A stretch of DNA of 64,000 bases from Spirochaetales bacterium (GTDB lineage: Bacteria; Spirochaetota; Spirochaetia; JABEVK01), in the NCBI GenBank assembly GCA_027451945.1, contig DAIDHT010000034.1:812-64811 (forward strand), in the 5' to 3' direction. How positions within the stretch are numbered: position 1 is the stretch's first letter; each line of letters opens with the position of its first letter. Below, one piece after another: positions 18,656-27,445 of the stretch. A program made the translations under genes and the position numbers. The notes below the pieces were generated by a model. The model did no database searches. It worked only from the letters and a program-made list of their open reading frames with translations, and had not been told where the DNA came from.

Positions 18656-19205
18656 AGGCTACCTTTTTCCACCAGTGTGAGCGTTGGGTAAAGGTCTGGG
18701 CTAGCAAACCCACGGCCAGGCCGCTTCCGGTCCCCAACCCGTAGAACAGGGGGGCGATTACCAGCGAGGTGGGCCCAAAGATAAATTGGATGGAGAGCAA
18801 GATTTGAACGGTGTTGCTCGCCAAGGCTCCAGCCAAACCCAGGCTGACTAGGGACGATCTCCGTTTGACCGCAGGAAAGCGTCGCATCAGCCGGTGCAAG
18901 CCGACCATGACCAAAAAAGAAGCAGTCGAACCGGCCAGGGAAAACAAAAAGACATAGCTGGCCAAGGTGCCGTTCACCAAAGCTTGTCCGGCCACTTTGA
19001 GGGCTAAAAGCAAGGCAAGCTCACGAAAGTTGAACGTGTCTAGGCCGACTAACAGGGGGAGGTTGGCCAACCCGAGACGAAAAAAAGGAACTGGCTTGGG
19101 AAAGAGGTACTCAATAGTCGACAGAAAAAGCGACAACGCCCCTAAAAAGGGGACAAGTCTGCGATGGTCGGTGCTCGTGAGCAAGCGTTCAGTAGGCTGT
19201 GGCAT
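18642..19205 (-). CDS. Gx-transporter family membrane protein (Hpre_diP_synt_I-like)
   Basis: LSTIEYLFPKPVPFFRLGLANLPLLV... and ...SLGLAGALASNTVQILLS match what I recall of the family pattern. It is positioned immediately downstream of a NusG_II gene. Confidence 0.5.
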   Translation of the reverse strand: MPQPTERLLTSTDHRRLVPFLGALSLFLSTIEYLFPKPVPFFRLGLANLPLLVGLDTFNFRELALLLALKVAGQALVNGTLASYVFLFSLAGSTASFLVMVGLHRLMRRFPAVKRRSSLVSLGLAGALASNTVQILLSIQFIFGPTSLVIAPLFYGLGTGSGLAVGLLAQTFTQRSHWWKKVAYGTN

Positions 19206-19566
19206 CTAACCCCCCGGCGGTTGGGGTACCGCTGATGCGAACAAAGACATGGTTGGGTAAACAGGCCACCCATTGGCCGACCCGCGAGATCTTTCCCATC
19301 TCGATACAAATTTTGTTCTTGCAGGGGGAATCTGAAACCCATACCTGGGTTGGCTTGCCGGTCACGGCCCTGACTTGCACGTCCGTGACGCCCAAGGGCC
19401 CCGGAGCCTCGATGGTGCGTGTGGCCGTCAACGGGTACACCCAAACCCCAGCATCGGTTTGAACTTCTAGCCGAGGCTGGGTAGAAGCGGGGGAAGCCAC
19501 CGCCCAAGCCGTCACGCTCGTAAGCAAAATACCCATCGCCAACCAGACGAAATCGAAAAGCTTCAT
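19189..19566 (-). CDS. NusG domain II-containing protein
   Basis: It has a signal/anchor helix. The motif CKNKICIEMGKISRVGQWVACLPNHVFVRISG matches the NusG_II signature (C.N.IC..MG.I....Q...CLPN.V...I). Confidence 0.6.
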   Translation of the reverse strand: MKLFDFVWLAMGILLTSVTAWAVASPASTQPRLEVQTDAGVWVYPLTATRTIEAPGPLGVTDVQVRAVTGKPTQVWVSDSPCKNKICIEMGKISRVGQWVACLPNHVFVRISGTPTAGGLDATAY

Positions 19567-19670
19567 GCTGGGTTTGTTGTATCACAAAAAAGCCCAGTGC
19601 GAAAACGCTTTAACCCCTTTGCGAAGCCTGGATTTCGGACTAACTTGAAGGAGCCCGATAAGGCAGGAAA

Positions 19671-20555
19671 TTGCCCGAAGATGCAGGAGGACGAAGGATG
19701 ACAGAGTGGGACTTAGAGCGAATACTTCCCCGACTTTTAGAAAGCGGGCGTCTTGCGTTATCCTATTTCGATGCTCCTGTAAAAGAGTTTAAAAAAGATC
19801 ATTCTTTGGTCACTGTGGCAGATCGCTCGGTTGAAGCCTATTTAACAGCCGAGTTCAACCAGCCTGCCGCCGGGGCTTTTGTGCTGGGCGAAGAAACCAT
19901 CGAAGGTCAAACCGAGGATTACTTAACGCGGGCCTTTGAGCAAGAAGCCTGGGTGATTGACCCAATTGACGGGACAGCCCCGTATGCGAATGGCCTACCG
20001 ACATGGGGAGTCTCGTTGGGGTGGATGAGTCAGGGAGTTTTGAAAGAGGGGGCTGTGTTTTTGCCCGCCTTAGGGGAATTGTACTACTCGAACAAGGGTC
20101 AAGTTTTTCGTGAGAAGACAGGTAGTGACCCCGATTTGTGGAAAAGCCGTCCGGGTACGCCCCAAAAGCTTACCCCGCCTCCGCCCAACCTACCTCCGGG
20201 TAGCATGTTATCGATCAGTCAACAGCTTTCGCGACGCGGCAGTTATCGTTTGCCGTTTTACATTCAAATCACCGGTTCGACCGTCTACAACTTGGTAAAG
20301 TTGATCTCGGGCTCGTACAGCGCCGCCGTTACCAAATTCAAACTTTGGGATTTTGCCGCCTGTCTCCCTATGGTTGCCAACTTAGGTTGGACTATGGAAT
20401 TTCACAGTGGCGGAGTCATGGGCCTGGATATGAAGGCCGGAGTCATCAAACGAGATCAAAACGACCCAAACCGGTGGGAGGCCCTTGATGAGGTCATTTT
20501 CGCACCTAACAGCGAAGTCGCGGCTTATTTAAGGGCGGGAACCGCTCCAGAATAA
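19671..20555 (+). CDS. Inositol monophosphatase-family phosphatase
   Basis: The motif WVIDPIDGTAPYANG matches the IMPase metal-binding motif. The start may instead be the internal Met at about 19698. Confidence 0.65.
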   Translation: MPEDAGGRRMTEWDLERILPRLLESGRLALSYFDAPVKEFKKDHSLVTVADRSVEAYLTAEFNQPAAGAFVLGEETIEGQTEDYLTRAFEQEAWVIDPIDGTAPYANGLPTWGVSLGWMSQGVLKEGAVFLPALGELYYSNKGQVFREKTGSDPDLWKSRPGTPQKLTPPPPNLPPGSMLSISQQLSRRGSYRLPFYIQITGSTVYNLVKLISGSYSAAVTKFKLWDFAACLPMVANLGWTMEFHSGGVMGLDMKAGVIKRDQNDPNRWEALDEVIFAPNSEVAAYLRAGTAPE

Positions 20556-21319
20556 ACGGCAGTCAAAACCGAGGGCAACTCTCGCAGGTTTTTAATTACC
20601 GCGTCGGGGCGAACATTTGGTATCACCGGTTCTTCACCTTGCACAAACCAAATGCAGGGAAGACCGGCGTTTCTTGCTCCTTGAATATCACTGGTAAGGC
20701 TATTCCCCACCATCACAAAACCTGGTGCGTTGGGGTGCTTGGCGCGAACGATGTCAAAAATTCGGGGGTCGGGTTTGCCGATGCCGTGGTCGCCCGATAC
20801 CGTCACGCTCGAAAACCACGCTTCTAAACCACAGCGGTGAACCTTGCTCCATTGCAATTCGGGGGCACCGTTGGTTAAAAGTGCAAAATCCCAGGCCGGG
20901 CTGAGCGACTCTAAAACGGTCTGAGCTTCGGGAAACACGTAATAACGGCGCCCTCTCAGTGAGGCAAAGTCATCGGCGATCGCTTGTGTAAGCTCGGAAT
21001 CGTCAAAGCCAAACTCTTGTAGGGCTCGTCCCCACGTTTGGGTGCGGTATTGGGGAATATCTCGGCGCAAAGCGTTGAGCTCGGCACTTGCACCGCCGAA
21101 GTCTCCCCACAGCCCTTCCTGGGCACTGATGCCGATCGAACGACACCAGGAAAACGAGGGGAGTGCTTCGAACGTGGCCTGTGAAGTGTGTTGAAAGACC
21201 TTCCAAAAAGTCTCGGGGTCGACTCCGAGAAAAGCCGTGCAAAAATCGACAGTACGTCGGGTCATGAGGTCCTGAACGATCAAGGTATCATCAAGGTCAA
21301 ATATCACAACGGGTTTCAT
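20525..21319 (-). CDS. HAD-superfamily hydrolase (subfamily IA-like)
   Basis: MKPVVIFDLDDTL is HAD motif I (DxDxT). GNSLTSDIQGARNAGL is motif III/IV-like. Confidence 0.65.
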   Translation of the reverse strand: MKPVVIFDLDDTLIVQDLMTRRTVDFCTAFLGVDPETFWKVFQHTSQATFEALPSFSWCRSIGISAQEGLWGDFGGASAELNALRRDIPQYRTQTWGRALQEFGFDDSELTQAIADDFASLRGRRYYVFPEAQTVLESLSPAWDFALLTNGAPELQWSKVHRCGLEAWFSSVTVSGDHGIGKPDPRIFDIVRAKHPNAPGFVMVGNSLTSDIQGARNAGLPCIWFVQGEEPVIPNVRPDAVIKNLRELPSVLTAVYSGAVPALK

Positions 21320-21346
21320 GGGTACTTCACCATACCTGAAAGCCGT

Positions 21347-23389
21347 CTATTGGACAACGAGGTAGGCCCCGTCACCAGACGACGGCGAAAAGGCTGCTCC
21401 TGCCACGGTCTGAATTGAGGCTATCACCATGTCAGGAGACGCTTGGGTCACACGTCCCCTGGCAACTACGTCATCGGCCGTTCCTCGACGATGATGGATT
21501 TCGATCATCTGACCGACTTGGGCCTGGACCCGTGTCAGAGGTTCTATCACCGCGGTAGAGCCATCGAGGTTGACGATCGACCCGACAAACCGAAGACGTG
21601 AGGTATCAATCTTCGATTCTATGGCACCCTTTTGCAGAAGGTTTTGTATCGCGATTAGCACCTCGCGATATTTGTTATCGCCTTGGGCAAGCGAGTTTGC
21701 TTTGTCTTGGGCTGCCAAGGCGTCTGGGTTATTGCCCTGAAGGTATGAGGTAAACGAAAGTACATCATTAAACGCCTGGTGACGAACCTTGGTGGGGTCG
21801 TACGGTTTGGTTCCGCTGTTGTAGACGAGCAAGGCGCTGTCAAAGTTCGGAAACAACGTTTGGGCGTCTTCGGTGGCAAAAGTTTGCAGAAAGTCTTTCG
21901 TTGCGGCATCAAAGTTGGGTTCCCCGGGGGCTTTTAGGGCGGTAAAGGCGGCATCCTGGTATTTGTGGTAAAGGGCCGCGAGAGTATTCCACTTGGTTTG
22001 GTACGGTAAAAGGGCCGCCACTTGTTTGGCTAGGTCGGCCGTTTTGCCGCTTTGGTCGCCCTTAAGGGTTTTAAGCTTCGCCAGCTCGGCTTCATCTTTG
22101 GCGATTTTGTCTTGGTAGGCTTTCCAAGCCGCATTGATGCCCTCTTTGAGAGCCACCGAACTCACCCCGGAATGGAGCAGTTCGAGCTCTGCGGCAGGGC
22201 CTTTTTGTAACGCCAAGGCTTTTGCCTGGGCCAGAAGAGCTTCAATTTGCGCCTGTTCACGGCGGGTTTGTTCGTCACGTAAGATCTGAAAGGCCCGTTC
22301 GATTTCGGGAACACGACTTACAGCCAAGGCGGCGAGGGCGGCACGTTGGTCGGCTTTAGCCTGCTCCGCTTGCTTCATGCCGTTCAAGAACGCTTCAAAA
22401 CGGGGGTCCTTGCCCCCTCTTTTGAGGGCCTCAAGGGCTGATTGCAACGACGAAGCCACTTCGAGCCCAGTGTCGGCTCGGCGTCGTACGGCCGCTAGCG
22501 CAGAGCGCTGGGCGTGGCGGTACAGCTCTTTTAAGTTGTTCAGAGTCGTTTGTGCCGTAATCAAATGGCCTGCCAGAAAGGCTTGGTGAAGCTGACTGTA
22601 CAAGGCTGAACTTTGGCGAAACAGCAGATCCAGCTCGTCGCGTTCATGCTGAAGGGTGGCCAGCCGTTCTGATATAAGCTCAGCTGCCCGTTCTTTAGAC
22701 GACGCTTTGGCTTGGGCGGTGTTAAGTTGCTCCTGAAGGGCTTTTAGCTCATGTGAACGTTGATCGATCTGTTCTTGGGCTTGTTGGCGGAAGAGTTGAA
22801 GCTGGTGTTCAAACTCGGCCGTCTTTTGCGCTTCGAGGGCCTTGAGTCGCTGTTCGACCGCGGCCGGTGAAAGGCCTTCGGCCAGCAGTTTACGACGTTC
22901 TGCTTCAAGCTGTTGTTCAAGTTCTGCTTTGAGTTTTTTTGTTCGAGCGTCCACTTGGGCGTTCATCGTCAGTGTGAGTCGGTCTTTTTCTTGCGCTAAG
23001 CGAGCAAGGTTATCTTGAATCGAACGAATCTCTTGATTTTTGGCCGCCAACTTGGCTTGGGACTCTTCCATTACCTTGGCGAGCAGGGTTCCTTCGGCAG
23101 AAAAAAGCTGGTTGGTTTTTATGCTGAGGTTTTGTTGACGGGATTTGAACCACGCATCGGCAGCAAACCATCCACCCGCGATCAGGGCTAATGCCAAAAC
23201 ATTGATCAGCACAGGAAAGAAAATGCCCCGTTTACGCGGTTGGTAAGCCTCGAGATCGGTAGCCGCCAGCCGGGAAGCGTTGGCCACCTGGTCGATTTCT
23301 TCGAGAATTTGTCGTCTTTCGTCTTCGCTGTACATGGACTCCATGTACGCTTGTTCAGAATCTAGAACCGGGGGCTGTGCGTTGCTCAT
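21347..23389 (-). CDS. Single-pass membrane protein with a ~400-aa coiled coil and a C-terminal globular domain, unknown function
   Basis: The TM helix is IFFPVLINVLALALIAGGWFAADAW. It is followed by a long heptad-like run rich in Q, A, E and L. It sits 27 nt upstream of the HAD gene on the same strand. Confidence 0.5.
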   Translation of the reverse strand: MSNAQPPVLDSEQAYMESMYSEDERRQILEEIDQVANASRLAATDLEAYQPRKRGIFFPVLINVLALALIAGGWFAADAWFKSRQQNLSIKTNQLFSAEGTLLAKVMEESQAKLAAKNQEIRSIQDNLARLAQEKDRLTLTMNAQVDARTKKLKAELEQQLEAERRKLLAEGLSPAAVEQRLKALEAQKTAEFEHQLQLFRQQAQEQIDQRSHELKALQEQLNTAQAKASSKERAAELISERLATLQHERDELDLLFRQSSALYSQLHQAFLAGHLITAQTTLNNLKELYRHAQRSALAAVRRRADTGLEVASSLQSALEALKRGGKDPRFEAFLNGMKQAEQAKADQRAALAALAVSRVPEIERAFQILRDEQTRREQAQIEALLAQAKALALQKGPAAELELLHSGVSSVALKEGINAAWKAYQDKIAKDEAELAKLKTLKGDQSGKTADLAKQVAALLPYQTKWNTLAALYHKYQDAAFTALKAPGEPNFDAATKDFLQTFATEDAQTLFPNFDSALLVYNSGTKPYDPTKVRHQAFNDVLSFTSYLQGNNPDALAAQDKANSLAQGDNKYREVLIAIQNLLQKGAIESKIDTSRLRFVGSIVNLDGSTAVIEPLTRVQAQVGQMIEIHHRRGTADDVVARGRVTQASPDMVIASIQTVAGAAFSPSSGDGAYLVVQ

Positions 23390-23416
23390 AGCGTCTTACC
23401 ACACTTTCGGTCAAAA

Positions 23417-25135
23417 GTGATAAGAAATAAAGTCCTTCAGAGAGCTTTCGTCAGTGCCGATTCTGACAGAAGAATGAGTATCCGCCTCAAAATCATCTTG
23501 ATTGTTCTTCCTCTTTTAACGGCTACCCTCATGCTAACCGGGTTTGCGGCGGTATTTTCGGCCGAAACAGGGATCACCAAGGTCGCAATTGACTTTTTGG
23601 GGTTCAAAGCCGAAGAGCTGAAAAAGAACGCGGACAGCCAGTGGAATTTGTTGGTAACGAACCATTTAACGGGCAACCCGCAGTACGTCGAAGTAACAAA
23701 GCAAGCGGTGCAGAGTTTCGCCAAGAGTGTGATTAGGTCTGACACGGAACTTATTTTTGCGCTGAATCAAAGTGGAAAAATCGCCATGTCGACTCGGCCT
23801 ATCAAATGGTTGCCAGGGGAACTAGCCGCTCTGGAAGCGATGGAGAAAGCAAAGACAACAGGGTGGCAAACCTTTACCGCAGAAGGTCGAGAGCGGGTTG
23901 CCCAGATCTTCTTTTTTGAGCCGTTCGGCTGGTATGTTGTTGTTTCAGAAGCTCGTGATACCTTTTTTCAGGGTGTGCGTGAAATCAACCTGCAAAATTA
24001 CTTGATTCTTGCGGGTTCTTTGATTTTTTCGTTCCTCCTCATGTTGTTCTTTTCGACCTACCTCACTCGTCCCATTTCCAAAATGGTCCGAACGATGCGC
24101 GAAATTATCCAAGACAATAACTTAACCCGCCGTGTTGATGTTGAGTTTCAAGACGAAATAGGGCGAATGGCCCAAACGTTTAACCTGATGTTGGCCGAAT
24201 TGGAGAGGGCCTACGGGCAGATTAAGAATTTTGCCTATCAGTCCGTCTTGGCCCGAAAAACCGAACAGAAAATCCGTAACATTTTTCAAAAATACGTCCC
24301 TGCCGATGTCATTGATGAAGTTTTGGGTAACCCGGAGTCGATGTTAACAGGCGAGAACCGGCACGTGGCAATCTTGTTTTCGGATATTCGCGGGTTTACC
24401 ACGATTTCTGAGACCATGAGGCCCGATGAGTTAGTAACCTCTCTGAACCGCTATTTTTCGATGATGGTTGATATCATTGTCGCGCGAAATGGCACGGTCG
24501 ACAAATACATTGGTGATGCTATTATGGCCCTGTTTGGCGCCCCCGTTCGTAGCGAGAACGACTCGCTGTTATCGGTTTTGGCTGGTTTAGAAATGGCACA
24601 GGCCTTGGAAGTCTTTAACGAAGAACAAAAGGCTAAGGGTAAAAAAGAGTTTCACATTGGCATCGGGATCAATTACGGCGAAGTTACGGTGGGCAACATC
24701 GGTTCCGAGAAAAAAATGAACTACACGGTGATTGGGGATAACGTCAACTTGGCGTCCCGCTTAGAGGGCTTAACAAAAAAGTATAAGCAAATGTTGTTGT
24801 TCTCGGATTCTGTTTATCAACGGGTAGGGCGTTATGTCTATTGTCGGTTGGTGGACAAAGTGGTCGTCAAGGGTAAGACTCACGGAGAAAACATTTACAC
24901 CGCCAAACGCACCCTCACAGACCAAGAAAAAAGCGGCTGGGCGACGTGGCACTCGGGGCTAGAAGCCTATTACCGTCGCGACTTTGGTCGAGCTAGGGGC
25001 TTGTTTCTTGAAGTTGCCGACCGGTGGCTTCCTGGTGATACCTTAGCGCTAGACTTTGCTGAACGGGCTACGTTCTTGGTGCAAAACCCGCCGGAGCCAG
25101 GTTGGGTTGGTCTTGAAATCATGCACGAAAAATAA
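23417..25135 (+). CDS. Membrane class-III adenylate/guanylate cyclase with HAMP domain
   Basis: Two TM helices flank a periplasmic region. The HAMP-like segment is ...MVRTMREIIQDNNLTRRV.... The cyclase core is VAILFSDIRGFTTISE ... KYIGDAIMALFGAP ... GIGINYGEVTVGNIG. The start is probably the internal Met (MSIRLK...) at about 23474. Confidence 0.75.
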   Translation: MIRNKVLQRAFVSADSDRRMSIRLKIILIVLPLLTATLMLTGFAAVFSAETGITKVAIDFLGFKAEELKKNADSQWNLLVTNHLTGNPQYVEVTKQAVQSFAKSVIRSDTELIFALNQSGKIAMSTRPIKWLPGELAALEAMEKAKTTGWQTFTAEGRERVAQIFFFEPFGWYVVVSEARDTFFQGVREINLQNYLILAGSLIFSFLLMLFFSTYLTRPISKMVRTMREIIQDNNLTRRVDVEFQDEIGRMAQTFNLMLAELERAYGQIKNFAYQSVLARKTEQKIRNIFQKYVPADVIDEVLGNPESMLTGENRHVAILFSDIRGFTTISETMRPDELVTSLNRYFSMMVDIIVARNGTVDKYIGDAIMALFGAPVRSENDSLLSVLAGLEMAQALEVFNEEQKAKGKKEFHIGIGINYGEVTVGNIGSEKKMNYTVIGDNVNLASRLEGLTKKYKQMLLFSDSVYQRVGRYVYCRLVDKVVVKGKTHGENIYTAKRTLTDQEKSGWATWHSGLEAYYRRDFGRARGLFLEVADRWLPGDTLALDFAERATFLVQNPPEPGWVGLEIMHEK

Positions 25136-25203
25136 AAGTTGATGGTTCTTCGTTTTGCTGACGCTTTGTTTCGCCGACGAGTCTGCTGATGGCTGTCTTC
25201 AAG

Positions 25204-25719
25204 TTATAGGTGCGATTCAGAGGTAAGAAGCGCAAGAAAAGCCAAGACGGCCGTTGTCAGTGAGATTCCTGCACCCAGCTTATCGGCGTCAACCAGTCGT
25301 TGATTATACGGGGTTGACCCGGCTGTTTGTGCCCCGGCAAAAAAGAACAGACTGCTTGCGGCACTGGCCAGCGTTACCGCAAGGCTAGCGTCGCGAAGAG
25401 GGTGCCACAGCGAGGATTCTTGGGGAAGCTTTTCTGTGACCTGGGCGGGAACGGGATGGTTGGTTAGGGCGACATCCCTTAGGGCCTCGGTACGAAGCTC
25501 CATTGTCTCATCACCAGAGTCATGATATTTCTGTTGCAACTCTTTGAGGGTGGCGAGGTCTGCAGGCGATAATGTCCGCCCTGCAACAATTTGCTGGCTG
25601 GCGGTGTCAAACACCTGCCGGAGTGTCATATGCTTTAAATCGAGGGCGTTGAGTGACTCGGCGACCGTAACGGCCGCTAAGCCGGCTCCCAAAAAAAGAA
25701 TAAAAAGAAAACGCTTCAT
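25204..25719 (-). CDS. Secreted hypothetical protein
   Basis: The signal peptide is MKRFLFILFLGAGLAAVTVAESL. Its start overlaps the upstream stop by 4 nt. Confidence 0.4.
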   Translation of the reverse strand: MKRFLFILFLGAGLAAVTVAESLNALDLKHMTLRQVFDTASQQIVAGRTLSPADLATLKELQQKYHDSGDETMELRTEALRDVALTNHPVPAQVTEKLPQESSLWHPLRDASLAVTLASAASSLFFFAGAQTAGSTPYNQRLVDADKLGAGISLTTAVLAFLALLTSESHL

Positions 25720-26798
25720 CGAGGGACTCGCATTTTATCTTCGAGGACCAGAATTTGGTGTTCAATTTCTGGCCGAGAGAACAGGGGGTCTAGAAACGCC
25801 ATGTGCTGAAGGTGGTAAAGGGCTTGAATGTCATCACCAGAGGCTTGTTCAAGGTCGGCGGCGGCTTTACAAGCCTTATCATAGTAGGTCGATTGCTGCA
25901 GGACATCGGCGACCAAGCGGAATTCAGAAAGCGCCAAGGTACGCTCACCTTGAATAGCATGAATGCGCGCCAAGAAAAACCAAGCGCCTGGAGTTTGCTG
26001 AGAATCAGGGTAGTCATGAGTTAACCGGGTAAAATTGGCTGCTGCCGCTTCAAGCTTGCCCGCTAACAAGAAGTCTTTGCCTTCACGAAAGAGGGTTGAG
26101 GCAACATGCCGTGCCTGGGGCAGGGGGGCTGGTATGGCGTGACTGGCATGAAGAAACCGAATTTTGGAGGCCTTGAGACTAAAGGCCCAGGCGATATCAC
26201 CAAGGGTGAGCCCCCAGCTGGTAACAGTGGCAGGTGAAAACGGAAAAGCCTGGCCACGGTTGACGGTGGCGTCGCCTAAGGTGGCAAGAATGCTGAGCGT
26301 AGAAAGAACTGGAATGCTCCAAGCTGTTGCCTCTAACAGCCCCTGGTCAGGAAAAATCGGGTCGATATGCACCTTTCCGTTTACCGTTTTGAGTTCCCAG
26401 GGACCCGACGGGATTGAGAATTCCTTGCCTTCAGAAGGCATGCTTTGACCCGATTGCCACAGCTGGTCGTTCTCGGGGAAGGCTAGAGTGACGGTAGATG
26501 GGTCAAGGTTAACGGGGATAACGACAATTTTTCCCGGCTCAAGGTCTAGGGTACGTGACCAACTTTGGTAGCCTTTTTTGGTCAGAACCACGGTGTGACG
26601 ACCTGGTTTAAGCAAGGATAGGTAAGAAGGCGTCGCCCGACCCAAGGCATGCCCATCCCATTGGATAGACGCCCCTAAGGGGTTGGACTCTAAAAAGACT
26701 CCCGATGTTGGGGACACAGAATTCCCCGTCAAACTCTGAGCGGGGAGTTGACCGCCCCATAAAAAAGCCGCCACGAGCGGTGCCAAAAGGCGCTTCAT
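25716..26798 (-). CDS. Secreted PEGA-domain plus TPR/BamD-like protein
   Basis: The signal peptide is MKRLLAPLVAAFLWGGQLPAQS. The PEGA-like segment is ESNPLGASIQWDGHALGRATPSYLSLLKPGRHTVVLTKKGYQSW. The C-terminus has TPR-like helical repeats. The track ORF carries an extra 12 codons at the 5' end. Confidence 0.5.
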   Translation of the reverse strand: MKRLLAPLVAAFLWGGQLPAQSLTGNSVSPTSGVFLESNPLGASIQWDGHALGRATPSYLSLLKPGRHTVVLTKKGYQSWSRTLDLEPGKIVVIPVNLDPSTVTLAFPENDQLWQSGQSMPSEGKEFSIPSGPWELKTVNGKVHIDPIFPDQGLLEATAWSIPVLSTLSILATLGDATVNRGQAFPFSPATVTSWGLTLGDIAWAFSLKASKIRFLHASHAIPAPLPQARHVASTLFREGKDFLLAGKLEAAAANFTRLTHDYPDSQQTPGAWFFLARIHAIQGERTLALSEFRLVADVLQQSTYYDKACKAAADLEQASGDDIQALYHLQHMAFLDPLFSRPEIEHQILVLEDKMRVPR

Positions 26799-26837
26799 GC
26801 TCTTCACTATAACCCAACTATAACTCAGGCGCACTGA

Positions 26838-27431
26838 TCACGCCAGCGTGAGGCCTGTGCCCAAAAAATAGGTTTCAAAGGATTCGTCCCGCACGGCCTT
26901 GGGGCGAAGAATCTTAGTTTGTCGAAAACGGGTATTGAGGCGTTCCAAAAGGACTTTTTCGTCCCCTCCTTGAAAGATTTTTGCCAGCAAACTGCCTCCG
27001 GGTACCAAAAGTTGTTCCGCCACTTCGATAACACGTTCTACCAAACGAAAAGAACGGGCAGTGTCTACGGTACGGTTACCGGTAGTTGAAGGAGCGGCAT
27101 CAGATAAAATGACATCATAGGGGCCCTTCTCTTTCAGAGTAACAAAAGAACTTTCGTCAAAAAGATCACCTTGAAAGAAAAACGCATTAGGGGGAAAGGT
27201 TTTGAGTTTTACCGGTGCCAGGTCTATACCAACCAGAAAACCAGTACCGTCAAGGAGCTTTAGGGTGTACAGCGACCAACTGCCAGGACTAGAACCGACA
27301 TCGAGCACCCGAAGGTTCTTTTTTAAGAGACCTGTTTTTTGTTGGATTTCTTCGAGTTTGTAAACCGAACGGGCCGGGTAGCCTTCGCGCTGAGCCTTCA
27401 AGGCATAAAAATCTGGTTTTTCACGTCCCAT
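26838..27431 (-). CDS. rlmE: Ribosomal RNA large subunit methyltransferase E (FtsJ/RrmJ)
   Basis: RSVYKLEEI and VLDVGSSPGSWSLY (the SAM-binding motif) appear in the right order and spacing for RlmE. The protein is 197 aa. Confidence 0.75.
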   Translation of the reverse strand: MGREKPDFYALKAQREGYPARSVYKLEEIQQKTGLLKKNLRVLDVGSSPGSWSLYTLKLLDGTGFLVGIDLAPVKLKTFPPNAFFFQGDLFDESSFVTLKEKGPYDVILSDAAPSTTGNRTVDTARSFRLVERVIEVAEQLLVPGGSLLAKIFQGGDEKVLLERLNTRFRQTKILRPKAVRDESFETYFLGTGLTLA

Positions 27432-27445
27432 TCTGAGCGGACTCC

